A stretch of DNA of 64,000 nucleotides from Macrostomum lignano (taxonomy: Eukaryota): positions 99,908 through 163,907 of the forward strand of contig NIVC01002217.1 of assembly GCA_002269645.1 (NCBI GenBank), in the 5' to 3' direction. Within the stretch, counting starts at the first letter, position 1. The number at the start of each line of letters is the position of its first letter. Below, piece after piece: positions 24,652-37,260 of this stretch. Position numbers and translations under genes: made by a program. The notes under the pieces were generated by a model that ran no database searches, was not told the origin of the DNA, and was given only the letters and a program-made list of their open reading frames with translations.

Positions 24652-27600
24652 TCACTTCCTTCCGCCGCTGCCCTCCCAGAGCAGCCTGCTGTGCTCCTCC
24701 TTGGAGACGCCCAGCAGTTTCCGCTGTCGCTCGATGTTGGCCGGCTGAAAGTCGCGCGGATTGCTGCTCTCTTCGGATTCGATCACCGTGCCCAGACTCT
24801 GTAGTGAAAAGCGGTTTTTCTGATTTCGTCATTTATTAGCGTCCATCAGGCCAGCTTGACCCAGAGACAGCTTGACCCACAGGATAGCTTGACCCACAGG
24901 CAGCTTGACCCACAGGACAGCTTGACCCACAGGACAGCTTGACCCATAGACAGCTTGACCCACAGGCAGCTTGACCCACAGACAGCTTGACCCACAGACA
25001 GCTTGACCCACAGACAGCTTGACCCACAGGCAGCTTGACCCATAGGCAGCTTGACCCACAGGCAGCTTGACCCACAGCAGCTTGACCCACAGGACAGCTT
25101 GACCCACAGGACAGCTTGACCCACAGGACAGCTTGACCCACAGACAGCTTGACCCACAGAGAGCTTGACCTACAGACAGCTTGACCCACAGAGAGCTTGA
25201 CCTACAGACAGCTTGACCCACAGGACAGCTTGACCCACAGACAGCTTGACCCATAGGCAGCTTGACCCACAGACAGCTTGACCTACAGACAGCTTGACTA
25301 ACAGGACAGCTTGACCCACAGGCAGCTTGACCCACAGACAGCTTGACCCACAGACAGCTTGACCCACAGGCAGCTTGATCCACAGACAGCTTGACCTACA
25401 GACAGCTTGACTAACAGGACAGCTTGATCTACAGACAGCTTGACCCACAGGCAGCTTGATCTACAGACAGCTTGACCCACAGGCAGCTTGACCCACAGGA
25501 CAGCTTGACCCACAGGCAGCTTGACCCACAGACAGCTTGACCCACAGAGAGCTTGATCCACAGGCAGCTTGACCCACAGCAGCTTGACCCACAGGACAGC
25601 TTGACCCACAGGACAGCTTGACCCACAGGACAGCTTGACCCACAGACAGCTTGACCCACAGAGAGCTTGACCTACAGACAGCTTGACCCACAGAGAGCTT
25701 GACCTACAGACAGCTTGACCCACAGAGAGCTTGACCCACAGACAGCTTGACCCACAGAGAGCTTGACCTACAGACAGCTTGACCCACAGAGAGCTTGACC
25801 TACAGACAGCTTGACCCACAGGACAGCTTGACCCACAGACAGCTTGACCCACAGACAGCTTGACCCGCTCACCCAGGAGAAAAAGGCGGCAGCGGCAGCG
25901 CTACTCTGGATGACTTCCTCCTCGCTGTAGGGCGCCAGCATCACTTTCGCCCTGGCGGCGATGCTGGGGTGCAGGCCGGAGGCTGGGCTGAACTGGGCTA
26001 TGCGCTGCTGCATGCTCGTCTTGCCAGTGGGATTCAGGTAGCGGAGGCACTTCTGCCAGCTCTGGTTTGGGAGCATCAAAAGTTTGATTCATATTGATTT
26101 ATTTTTCATCTCTGCTTTTGTGCGAAAAGTGTTAAACTTTTGCGGATAGGATAGATGGGGTTTGATTTCACAATAATTTGAGGTTCACGAAAGGAATTCT
26201 GCTGGCATGAGTGGCACATGCGGCTACACCTGCTCCAATTAGGTCAGATGTGAAACCGACAGCTCAGCCGCAGTTATTGCGCGGCGCATCTGAAGGCTGC
26301 GTACGGCTGTTCAGTCCAATGACTGGGGGGTCGCCACACACCCTCAATTACCCCAGCTAATGCTGGCACCCATTTTACAGCTGGGTGAACTGAAGCAATG
26401 CAGAGTTAAGCTTCTTGCTCAAGGACACAAATTGTTTCAGTGAGATCGGGAATCGAACCCACGACCTCTAACCATTAGGCTACAACCCATGAATAAATCA
26501 GTCTATTGAAGGAACTGCCTATTAAAGCTGCCCCTCTCACGTTGGTTCGCTTCTCGTATTCGCCGAGCAGAAGCAGGGTGGCCCGCACCGTGTCAACGAT
26601 GGCCTGCTTGGGATTGACGTAGGCCCGCAGTTCGGCCACGGCCTTGCCATCCAGGCTGAGCACCCGCTTGTAGAGCCGCTCCATTCGGTCCACTCGGACC
26701 AGGGCGGCGGCGGCTTCGCTCAGCAGGGGGTGCGACTCCTTCAGCAGGCCGGTCTTTCTGGCCCGATCCAGGGCGGCCCGGAGCGGCCCAGCGGCCCGCT
26801 GGCTCAGCGATTGAGCCGATGCCGAGGCCAGGTCTGCGGTTGGAAAAATGGGGGCGAATAATCAAATGGCGACGCGATTTGAGTGCACTTTTACCGAGGT
26901 TCGCCTCCGTATTGGCTTGAAAATCGATTGTCTTGGGAAACATCTAGAACCATGAGTTACTGGGTCAGGGTCATGCTTGATTTCAGTTGGGTCATGCTTG
27001 ATTTCGGCTGGGTCATGCTTGATTTCGGTTGGAGTCATGCTTGATTTCGGTTGGGTCATGCTTGATTTCGGTTGGAGTCATGCTTGATTTCGGCTGGGTC
27101 ATGCTTGATTTCAGTTGGGTCATGCTAGATTTCGGCTGGGTCATGCTTGATTTCAGTTGGGTCATGCTAGATTTCGGCTGGGTCATGCTTGATTTCAGTT
27201 GGAGTCATGCTTGATTTCGGCTGGGTCATGCTTGATTTCGGTTGGGTCATGCTTGATTTCAGTTGGGTCATGCTTGATTTCGGTTGGGTCATGCTTGATT
27301 TCAGTTGGAGTCATGCTTGATTTCGATTGGGTCATGCTTGATTTCAGTTGGAGTCATGCTTGATTTCAGTTGGAGTCATGCTTGATTTCAGTTGGAGTCA
27401 TGCTTGATTTCAGTTGGAGTCATGCTTGATTTCAGTTGGAGTCATGCTTGATTTCAGTTGGGTCATGCTAGATTTCGGGTTGGGTCATGCTAGATTTCGG
27501 GTTGGGTCATGCTAGATTTCAGTTGGGTCATGCTAGATTTCAGTTGGGTCATGCTAGATTTCAGTTGGGTCATGCTTGATTTCAGTTGGGTCATGCTAGA

Positions 27601-30600
27601 TTTCAGTTGGGTCATGCTAGATTTCGGTTGGGTCATGCTAGATTTCCGAGTTCACAAAGGTTACAGAGCCAACTCACCCTTCTTTATGCCGGTGATTCGC
27701 ACAGTTCTCTCCGCCAGCTCCACCAGCTTTTCGTCCTGAATCTCCAGTTCGCGAAGTCGGTCCAGTCCGCGCCCGATGCCTTCCAGATCTTCTTGCCGGA
27801 TGGCGGCGCGAAGGCGCGACTTTGCCACGCGGACAGCGGCGTCTCGAGCGATCTGTTCGCGCTTAGCGCGCTCCTCGGGATCGGCGGAGCTGCCTGCCTT
27901 GCCGAGCTGGATCTTGGCCTTGAATGAATGTACATATTTCAAGGATTAGAGAAAACAGCCGACGTACGTTAAAACGGATTCCTGTACCCCTGCTTTATCT
28001 CGACTTTGGCTTGCAAGGTTTGGCAAGACGCACGCACGAGGCTATGAACTATGTCTGGGTGGGGAGAAAGCTCCAATGTACAGTTAAGGGTAGAATGAAA
28101 GATAACGAATGTACATCCAGAGGGCTAAATTCCTGCCAGTCTTGATTTCAGCTACGAGGCAAAAAAATGAACTAATTCATGCCAGAGGTCGAGGCCCAGG
28201 TAAAGAAAGACTTCATTGTACAGTCAAGGGGTAGAGCGGAAGGTAACGAATGTACATCTAGAGAATGAGAGGGATAGGCAGTTAAATCCTGTCTGCTTTG
28301 TTTATCTCAAATTTTGCTTGTGGCGTTTAGTAAATAGTGTACATGTCTAGCGGTCTGTGGGGGGAGAGAAAACTTTAATGTACAGTCAAGGGGTAGAGCG
28401 GAAGGTAACGAATGTACATCTAGAGAGGGATAGACAGTAAAATCCTTCCCGCTTTAATTTGTTTATCTCAAATTTGGCTTGCGAGGTTTAGCAATGAGGC
28501 TATAAATAATGTACACGTCGAGCGGTCGGGGAGAGAGAGAAAATTTTAATGTACAGTCAAGGGGTAGAGTGCAAGATAACAAACGTACATCCAGAGGAAA
28601 GAAAGTAAATATTTTTTAATTGCCCAAGCTGGCCTAAGGCTTTGGCTAATACGAATATAATAAATGAGCTACAAGGCCAGAGACTCATTTTCGTTCATGT
28701 TTATGATAGTTCAATGCATCTTACCTGTTCTTCAATATCAGCCAGAGTCGCTTCATCAAGGTCCATCGCTTCGTCGTCTCCATCCTCGGCCTCTCTTAAG
28801 ACGCGAATTCTCTCTTCGGCGAGTACCTCGTCCAGAGTCCGGGCCTGTTCGCGCACCATCTGCTCAAGCTGGACCAGGCGCTCCTCGTAGGCTGCGTTCT
28901 GTTTGCGGCAATACTCCAGCAGCTCCTGCCATTCGTCCCTGCGCTTCTGCGCGTCCGCCTCCGCCTTGGCGTCAAGGACCTGCGAGCGGCGGCGAATGGG
29001 TTTGGAGACGTTGAAGCAGAGAAGAGAGAGTCTAAATGAAGGCAGCGAATCCAAATGAAAGGAGAGAACCAAATTAATGGAGCGAATCAAAATGGAGGGA
29101 GAAAACTCCAAATATTCAAATGAAGGGAGAGAAACTCAAATAAAGGAAGAGAAACTCCAAATGAAAAGAGAGAAACTCAAATACTCGTAAAGGAAAAGAA
29201 ACTCCAAATGAAAAGAGAGAAACTCAAATACTCGTAAAGGAAAAGAAACTCCAAATGAAAAGAGAGAAACTCAAATACTCGTAAAGGAAGAGAAACTCCA
29301 AATGAAGAGAAAGTAACTCAAATAAAGGAAGAGAAACTCCAAATAAAGGAAGAGAAACTCCAAATGAAGAAAGAGAAACTTCAAATGAAGGGAGCGAATC
29401 CAAATGAAGGGAGAGAAACTTCAAAAGAAGGGAGCGAATCCAAATGAAGGGAGCGAATCCAAATGAAGGGAGCGAATCCAAATGAAGGGAGAGAAACTTC
29501 AAAAGAAGGGAGCGAATCCAAATGAAGGAAGCGAATCCAAATGAAGGGAGAGAAACTTCAAAAGAAGGGAGCGAATCCAAATGAAGGGAGCGAATCCAAA
29601 TGAAGGGAGAGAAACTTCAAAAGAAGGGAGCGAATCCAAATGGAGGGAGAGAGTCCAAATGAGAGTGCAAGAGAGACTTCAAATAGCAAACCCAAGCCAG
29701 GTGATCAGGTTCCAGCGACCTATTCGCTACCTGAACCTTTTTTGTACCTGAAACTGCATGAGCGGTCCGGCCACGGATCCGGCCACATCGTCCGGGTCGG
29801 GCAGGGCGGACAGAGTCCAGACTCCGCCAGGCGGCCCGGCATCGATGGTGGACTTCCAGTAGACTGGATTGTCCGCATCCCGCTGCAGGTAGAACATCAG
29901 CAGCTGGGGCCGCTCGACCCGCAGCTGCAGCTGGCCGAACTTCACTCGCCGATCGGCTTTGACCACAATCTGCACGTACCGGCCGGCCTCCAGCTGGCTG
30001 CTGTCTGGCGACATCAGCCGAAAGCCGCGCTGCCAAAGCGGCGTTGGCCGAGGGAACGGCGTAGCGTCAACGTACGGCTCGCCGTTGAATTTGATGACGT
30101 AATTGCACAGGTGTCGGACCTCCCTAAGGTTTTTGACAGCGTTGACTTGCATTAAATAGCAGTTTCTCTCGCCTCCTCTCCATGACCTTCCATGTTCCTC
30201 TGCATTTCTCTCAAATTTCTCAAGGGGCAGAGCAGCTCAGCGATAAAAGCGCCTCCCTCTCAGCATCACCATGTATCTCCATCCCAATCTCTCTCGCTCT
30301 TTTATCTCCTTACTGATCCGAAATTTGTCACTAAAATCTGAGCTAAAATCTCAACACACCGGGTCGGGCTTATTTCTAGATTAGTTTTACACAATCTCAC
30401 ATTTCTACTTATTAGTAGCAAGTTACCCACCTGGCGCTTTCGCTCCCCGAGTCTGGCGCGGCTCCGATGGCCAGGTGATAATATCCGTATTGGGGAAACT
30501 TGATGGAGACGCTGGCCCTGGCCTCGGCGACGCTGGTCTCCACCAGGATGAGGTCAGTGTAGTCGTGATGGCCCCGATGGTCCTGCAGGCGCATTGTGAC

Positions 30601-33600
30601 GCAGTAGAGTAGCGGCCGGCCCATGCGCCAGACAACGCGCAGTGTCCGAGTTGCGCACTCCAAGTACCCAAACTGATGAGGCGCCAGCGGCTCGGTGTCC
30701 AGACTCCGACAGGCGTCCGAATTGACGCCTAGCGGCTCTTTAAGCCGGGGGTAGAGGAAGTCGGGATCCTGGCAGGGCGCCTGGCTGTCGATGAGGTAGT
30801 CGCAGACTGGCACCACCCGGCCGCTGGGCAGCCGACAGGAGATGCAGGCTGCGTACAGGCCTTCCTTTGGCGCGCGCAGATGGAACACGGCCTCGCCGTT
30901 CTCCATCCAGTGAATGCTGTACAGTTCAAGGAATCGGATGCCATTGTCTGTGCTGCGGAGCTCAATCTGGATAGTCGATTGATGGGATGGGCGAGAGCAG
31001 CTTAGTCAGGTGGTGCTTCAAGGACTTCTTAAAGAAGTCTTTCAAGGTTTTCTTAGTGGTATTTCAAGGACTTCTTTGAGTGGTCCTTCAATGACTTTTT
31101 AGAGTAGTACTTCAAGGACTTCTTACAGTTTTACCAACCATTATACGAGAGCAGTGAGCCTCCCAGCAGGCCAGCCCAGCTCACCGAGTACTGCAGGTGA
31201 TTACTCTCAGTCGCAAAGCGCAGCCTCGCCTCGCCTCGCACCGTCTCCACCAGGGGATCCGGGTGGGTCAGCGGGTCCAGCCCCGCCTCGGCTGTCTGGC
31301 CGCCGGGTCCCCACTCGGTGAGGTTGCCTGCCGGCACGGGCGCCACCTCGGCCGGGCGCCGGCAGTGAAACACGTAGGAGATCACGTGACGCAGGCAGCT
31401 GTCCGCGCACCTGGCGCCGAATAGTTTCAGTAGAAACTTGCCAGCCACTGGTGGAATCACGGTGATGAACAGTTCTCGCTTCTTCACGCTGTGCCCCGTG
31501 ATGCAGAAGTGCGCCAGCTGCCATTTCTGCGATTTGTATTGAATCTCGCTGCCGGTGGCCTCCGAGTTCAGCGCCGAGGCGTGGATGTACAGTCGGGCGG
31601 AGTAGATGGCGAAGGCTTCGCGCGGCTCCTCCTGGAACTCCAGCGTGTTGTCCTGGCCCTTCTTGATGTGCAGCCCCAGCCGGCGCTCCTGCTGCGACAG
31701 GCCGCTGTCGCGGATCTCGAAGACGCACTTTGGATGGCTGACAATCTCCAGGCCGAGCCGCTCCATTTCCTCTGGCTCGCACTGCGGCATCTCTTCGAAT
31801 TCTTCAAGGCTGATTGGCCGGGGCAGCAGCTGCCAGCGGGGATCATAGGGGAAATGCTCCAGCACCGCGTAGTGCGGGTCAGTCAGGAAGTAGAACTCGC
31901 TGATGGCGAACCCGACCTCCCCGGCTGCCGCTGCCGAGGTGCCAGCCGCGGCGTCGGAGGCTGCGGCGGCTGCGGCAGCTTCGTCTAGTCGGCTCCATTC
32001 TCCGCTGTCGTAGCCCTGGAGTGATGAGAGTCATGAGCCAAAGTGCCCAGTGGGTTCGATTCCAGTCACATTAATTGGGGGTTAGTGGATGTTGCAACCC
32101 CATAACGGTCAAAGTATGCGCGTGCGCACTCAGGTGTCAACGGAATGAGAATGACGTCACCTTGCGGCTTCCAAAGCAAAGGCTTCCTGCAGACTACAAC
32201 TACTTAGTAAGGCCTGACAATGAGCACTTCGAGACCTCGAAAGCTGCGCTCCCTCGTTAAAGAAATTTGCTTGTAAAACAGTTAAAGCCCTATGAAGAAT
32301 CTCTTTTTCAATTCACTTGCAACTTTGCAAAACCTGGACAGTTCCTACATCTCCAATGCAGTTTAGTACCGAAACGCCCACAGTTCTGATGAAAATAAGC
32401 TTGTTAAAGCGACTCACCTGCAGCACCTGACAGGCCCAGATTGGGTCAATGAGACGCCACTGGCCTTCAACGAGCACCGCCAGCCATAGGGACGCGTTAT
32501 CCTCGTTGACGTGGTGCCCGATTCGATACTGAGCGCCCTTGGTGACCCCGCCGACGACCTGCAGGTATATAAAGCTCGATGCATGTATTGAGACAGCTGT
32601 TTAACATTCTGAGGTACAAGTACAGCATTTGATAGCGTTGGTGAGGATTGATGGAGTTGGAAGCTACAGAAGATTGGGTGACGGTGTTGGAGGCTACAGA
32701 AGATTGGGTGACGGTGTTGGAGGCTACAGCAGATTGGGTGACGGTGTTGGAGGCTACAGAAGATTGGGTGACGGTGTTGAAGGCTACAGCAGATTGGGTG
32801 ACGGTGTTGGAGGCTACAGAAGATTGGGTGACGGTGTTGGAGGCTACAGAAGATTGGGTGACGGTGTTGGAGGCTACAGAAGATTGGGTGACGGTGTTGA
32901 AGGCTACAGCAGATTGGGTGACGGTGTTGGAGGCTACAGAAGATTGGGTGACGGTGTTGGAGGCTACAGAAGATTGGGTGACGGTGTTGAAGGCTACAGC
33001 AGATTGGGTGACGGTGTTGGAGGCTACAGCAGATTGGGTGACGGTGTTGGAGGCTACAGCAGATTGGGTGACGGTGTTGGAGGCTACAGCAGATTGGGTG
33101 ACGGTGTTGGAGGCTACAGCAGATTGGGTGACGGTGTTGGAGGCTACAGCAGATTGGGTGACGGTGTGGAAGGCTACAGAAGATTGGGTGACGGTGTTGA
33201 AGGCTACAGCAGATTGGGTGACGGTGTGGAAGGCTACAGCAGATCGGATGACGGTGTTGGAGGCTACAGCAGATTGGGTGACGGTGTGGAAGGCTACAGA
33301 AGATTGGGTGACGGTGTGGAAGGCTACAGCAGATTGGGTGACGGTGTGGAAGGCTACAGAAGATTGGGTGACGGTGTGGAAGGCTACAGCAGATTGGGTG
33401 ACGGTGTGGAAGGCTACAGCAGATCGGATGACGGTGTTGGAGGCTACAGCAGATTGGGTGACGGTGTTGGAGGCTACAGCAGATTGGGTGACGGTGTGGA
33501 AGGCTACAGAAGATTGGGTGACGGTGTTGAAAGAAAGAGGGAAAGAAAAATGTGTTTCTCTCTCCTCCCTATAGTAAAAAAGGCGGACCTCTGCAGCGAT

Positions 33601-36201
33601 GCCCGCATGCCGCAGCAGACGGTGCAGCAGCAGCACGTAGTTGATGCCGCGGCCCTCCCTGATGCAGCGGATGTAGTGCAGCGGATCCTCCTGCGTGGTC
33701 TCGGCGCCTTCAAGCAGCGCATCAACCCGACGATTGCCGGTGGTCACCGCCATCCAGCGGAACAGGACTCGGACTGCTTCTAGTTCGGTGCTCACCTGGG
33801 GAGGAGGCGATTTGGCATCATCATTGCTATATAGTTGCTATATAGTTACCATATAGTTACTGCGTCTTTTGAGTTTCAGCTCGTGTTACTCGTATACGAG
33901 TATATAGCTATCTCCGCAAAGTGCTGTGATGTGGCCATTGGGATCTTTAGGATGCCGATAGTGAGTGCCACACCCTAGTCATCGTGTGCTCTGTTAATTC
34001 ACATAGGATCTAAAGAGTTATTATAATACTTCTTTAGAATTGAAGAGTGACCAGAGAGTGAAGAGTGACCAGAGAGTGAAGAGTGACCAGAGAGTGAAGA
34101 GTGACCAGAGAGTGAAGAGTGACCAGAGAGTGAAGAGTGACCAGAGAGTGAAGAGTGACCAGAGAGTGAAGAGTGACCAGAGAGTGAAGAGTGACCAGAG
34201 AGTGAAGAGTGACCAGAGAGTGAAGAGTGACCAGAGAGTGAAGAGTGACCAGAGAGTGAAGAGTGACCAGAGAGTGAAGAGTGACCAGAGAGTGAAGAGT
34301 GACCAGAGAGTGAAGAGTGACCAGAAAGTGAAGAGTGACCAGAGAGGGAAGAGTGACCAGAGAGTGAAGAGTGACCAGAGAGTAAAGAGTGATCAGAGAG
34401 TAAAGAGTGATCAGAGAGTGAAGAGTGACCAGAGAGTGAAGAATGAACAGAGAGTAAAGAGGGACAACAGAGTGAAAAGTGACCAGAGAGTGAAGAGTGA
34501 CCAGAGAGGGAAGAGTAACTAAAGAGTGAAGAGTGACAACAGAGTGAAAAGTGACCAGAGAGTGAAGAGTGACCAGAGAGGGAAGAGTAACTAGAGAGTG
34601 AAGAGTGACTAGAGAGTGAACAGTGACCAGAGAGTGAAGAGAGACGAGAGAGGGAAGAGTAACTAAAGAGTGAAGAGTGACTAGAGAGTGAACAGTGACC
34701 AGAGAGTGAAGAGTGACCAATCTTGCTGTCGAAAGAGTAATGGAAAAGTGAGTTACTTATCTAGGGCCTGAAGTCAAAGTGGAGAGTGTGTTAAGTTATG
34801 AAGAGTGACCACATGGTGACAGTGACTCATCTATTAAAATCCAGAGTTAGGAGTGGATTTTGTATAATCCAGTGCCAGGCTGATTCCCATCTTCACCTGG
34901 TCGCACAGGTGGCCAACCAGGACGTCGAACCCGGCTCCGGCAACCTCCAGCGGCGTTGCGTCGGCTATCGCGTCGGCCCTGGCCAGCAGCTCGGGCGCCA
35001 CCAGCGTCTCCTTGTCCGTCAGTGGCGGCCGGCGCTCCTCCTCGTTCTCTATCAGTGCGAATCTGCCCTGCTTGGCCGCTTCGGCCTGGTAGACTCGCTG
35101 CATGGACTGCAGGTACTGCGGCGTCACGTAGTCCTCCTGGTCAGGTGACAGAGCGAACCGGTCTAGCGGGATTTCGCCCGCGCCGAACTCGTAGTCCTCC
35201 GGGCCTGTCGGGCTGCAAGAGAGATTTTTGGAGGGGACCGAAGGGGTCACAGATACTAAACCACTGCATTGATAGGCCTGTACTCCCTCACTAAATAATG
35301 ATACTTTCTCCCGGACGTCTCTCTATAGCGTTTTAGTGGACATCAAGTTAAGCGCAAGTTTAAGGTTCTGAGTTTTCTCTGATTGTAGCTCGTATGGTTG
35401 AAACTGACAGACCTGCGACGCCTCATCGCAAACTCAGACTGCAGTTATTCGCAATAAATACGAGATTCGTTGAAAATAAGGCTAGACTAAATGCTGCTGT
35501 CTTGGCATTGCATAGACAGTGGTTGAATACATGTAGGCACATGCTGCATGTACCTCAGAACCTTGTCTTCCACCTCGGAGGGAGTCGGTCAGCGGTAAAC
35601 GCGTCTGATTCTCACGCTTACGACGTAGCTGGTTTGAGCGGTCACTTTTCATTTGGGGCTTGTGCACTAAAAGCTGGCCGATTTACACGACAGGAGGGCC
35701 AACCCCAAAAGCAGAGAGTGTACATGACGGAAGATTAGACAGTCAGGTCCGCTGTACACCCTGTGTGAGCGAGTGTAGTGTTAACTACCTAGTTTAGTGT
35801 TAACTACCTACCTCTAGTGTGGTAGTGTCAAAAACACCTTTTTCTCCATCATCAAATGGCTTAAAAACTGAATTCTTAACACGCCGTCCAAGAGAACAAG
35901 CAGGTCCACTTTCATTTCAATAACTCGAGCTTATCCGGTCATCCGGATATTCGTTGAATCGTTGCACTTATTTTTACACTTTGATTGCTCATAACTTTAG
36001 CAGCAGCTTTAGTTGCAGCAGCTAGGATTCAACCACAGACATTTCCCTTTGCGATGATGAATTCTCGCCAAAGACTTACTATTCGTCATCGCCGTCCCCT
36101 CCAGCGTTGCCGAAGGCGTCCACAGCGACAGTGTCATTGTCCAGTATGCGGACTCCGGCTACGCCGCCGCCGCTGTCGGGTCGACTAGAATTGCAGCCCA
36201 T
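24652..36201 (-). CDS. KY (kyphoscoliosis peptidase)/hillarin/LTD-1-like protein with transglutaminase-like domain, three KY-type beta repeats and helical C-terminus, 1217 aa
   Basis: 12 exons: 36201-36080, 35212-34897, 33795-33589, 32558-32418, 32015-31185, 30966-30431, 30123-29748, 28979-28725, 27918-27678, 26833-26541, 26061-25873, 24798-24652. All GT-AG with consistent phases; total 3654 nt. Family motifs: VRVLFRWM, LLRHAGI..EVVGGVTKGAQY, WLAVLVEGQWRLIDPIWA, EFYFLTDP..AVLEHFPYDPRWQLLPRPISLEEFE. Confidence 0.9.
24845..25866. repeat. 16-17-bp minisatellite (cagcttgacccacagga/ac) filling the last intron of the KY-like gene
   Basis: Starts within a few bases of the donor site (25868-25872). 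Confidence 0.97.
26225..26488 (-). mobile_element. tRNA-derived SINE, copy 2 (deletion in tRNA head)
   Basis: Reverse complement reads gggttgtagcctaatggttagag/gtcgtgggttcgattcc...ttaactctgcattgcttcagttcacccagctgtaaaatgggtgccagc..., matching copy 1. Confidence 0.88.
26960..27645. repeat. 21-22-bp minisatellite (gggtcatgcttgatttcagtt)
   Basis: Directly visible. Confidence 0.95.
28060..28590. repeat. Degenerate ~140-170-bp tandem repeat, 4 copies
   Basis: The block aatgtacagtcaaggggtagagcggaaggtaacgaatgtacatctagag recurs near 28076, 28216, 28378 and 28548. Confidence 0.8.
29020..29660. repeat. Purine-rich ~19-21-bp minisatellite (gagcgaatccaaatgaagg / gaaactccaaatgaagggaga)
   Basis: Directly visible; pyrimidine-rich on the coding strand. 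Confidence 0.9.
32650..33530. repeat. 30-bp minisatellite (agattgggtgacggtgttggaggctacagc)
   Basis: Two units per 60-bp line in register; lies inside intron 32559-33588. Confidence 0.97.
34040..34720. repeat. 18-bp minisatellite (gaagagtgaccagagagt)
   Basis: Directly visible. Confidence 0.97.
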
Positions 36202-37101
36202 TTAGCTGAGCATGTCGCTCAAGTTCAGATCAAACTTCAAGTTCAGATCGCGGCCGAGACTCTATTATTACAGCTGATTTATGAGTCACATGGTGGTCCC
36301 GCAGCTCAGTTGTTGCTAAGGTAGAATGGGTCGCTGCGCACACTATTGCCGCCAGTCTTTTTCATCTCTCCATTTCTGGACAGCAATCTCTTTTACTCTC
36401 TTGCATCTACCCAGAGTCCAAGCAATAGGAGCGCGGTGTGCAACCGTACCGTACTTTGAGCTTTAAAAGTGGATGGAAATAACTCAAGTAGCGCACCACT
36501 GTGCGTTGGCTCATGTGTGTAGGTGTGCGTATAATGCGAACCGCCTTTCTACGGTATAGGGTCTTTCAAACGGGTAGAGAGAGAGCTGAGTTTTCAGCTG
36601 CTCTCAAAGTGGCATTTCTATTATATCCACAGCTAGTTCTCTAATCAAAAAGCAATATAGTAGGAGGGTTTCAACTTAAGCGCCAAAATGGAACCCGAAG
36701 TTGTCGGGCTAGTTGACTATAGAAATGCCCAAGATTGAAAGAGATTGAGTTTGAACCAGATAAAGTGAAGCATGCGTGTATTGAGGCATACATGTAGCTT
36801 GGTTTTAAAGCTAGCTGACAAAACGTAGGTTTCGCCACGGACAATTTCATATGTAAACAGTTTATAGCATATCTGTTGCTCATCTGAACATATCTCTCTT
36901 TGTGCTTTTAGCTTCATCAAACATTTGGCCATAGACAAAAGAGCATTTAAACGAAACAAGTTGAATCTGCTACGTGGGTTACTGACTTCTGGTTCAATGA
37001 AGAATTGGAACATAGACTACAAAACCGTTTTTAATTTGATTTTGGTGAAAGACACCATTTTTGTGCCATGACCTTTTTGCCCCTTCTCCCATAAAATGGT
37101 C

Positions 37102-37260
37102 ATAGACATATCCGGATATTTTAAGCCCGCTTGCATCGAACACAGACATATCCGGATATTTAAGCCCGCTTGCATCGAACACAGACATATCCGGATATTT
37201 AAGCCCGCTTGCATCGAACACAGACATATCCGGATATTTAAGCCCGCTTGCATCGAACAC
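37102..37260. repeat. 39-bp tandem repeat x4 containing the palindrome atatccggatat
   Basis: Units acagacatatccggatatttaagcccgcttgcatcgaac with no spacers. Confidence 0.9.

Noticed and set aside
30421-30430. Donor gtaact (exon end 30427) for KY-like exon 6
   Set aside because: It would need a weak GAG acceptor downstream; the gtgggt donor (exon end 30431) pairs in phase with the ttag acceptor at 30124-30125.
37102-37260. 39-bp palindrome-containing repeats resembling CRISPR direct repeats
   Set aside because: Head-to-tail units with no unique spacers, no cas genes and a eukaryotic context; the same applies to all other arrays.
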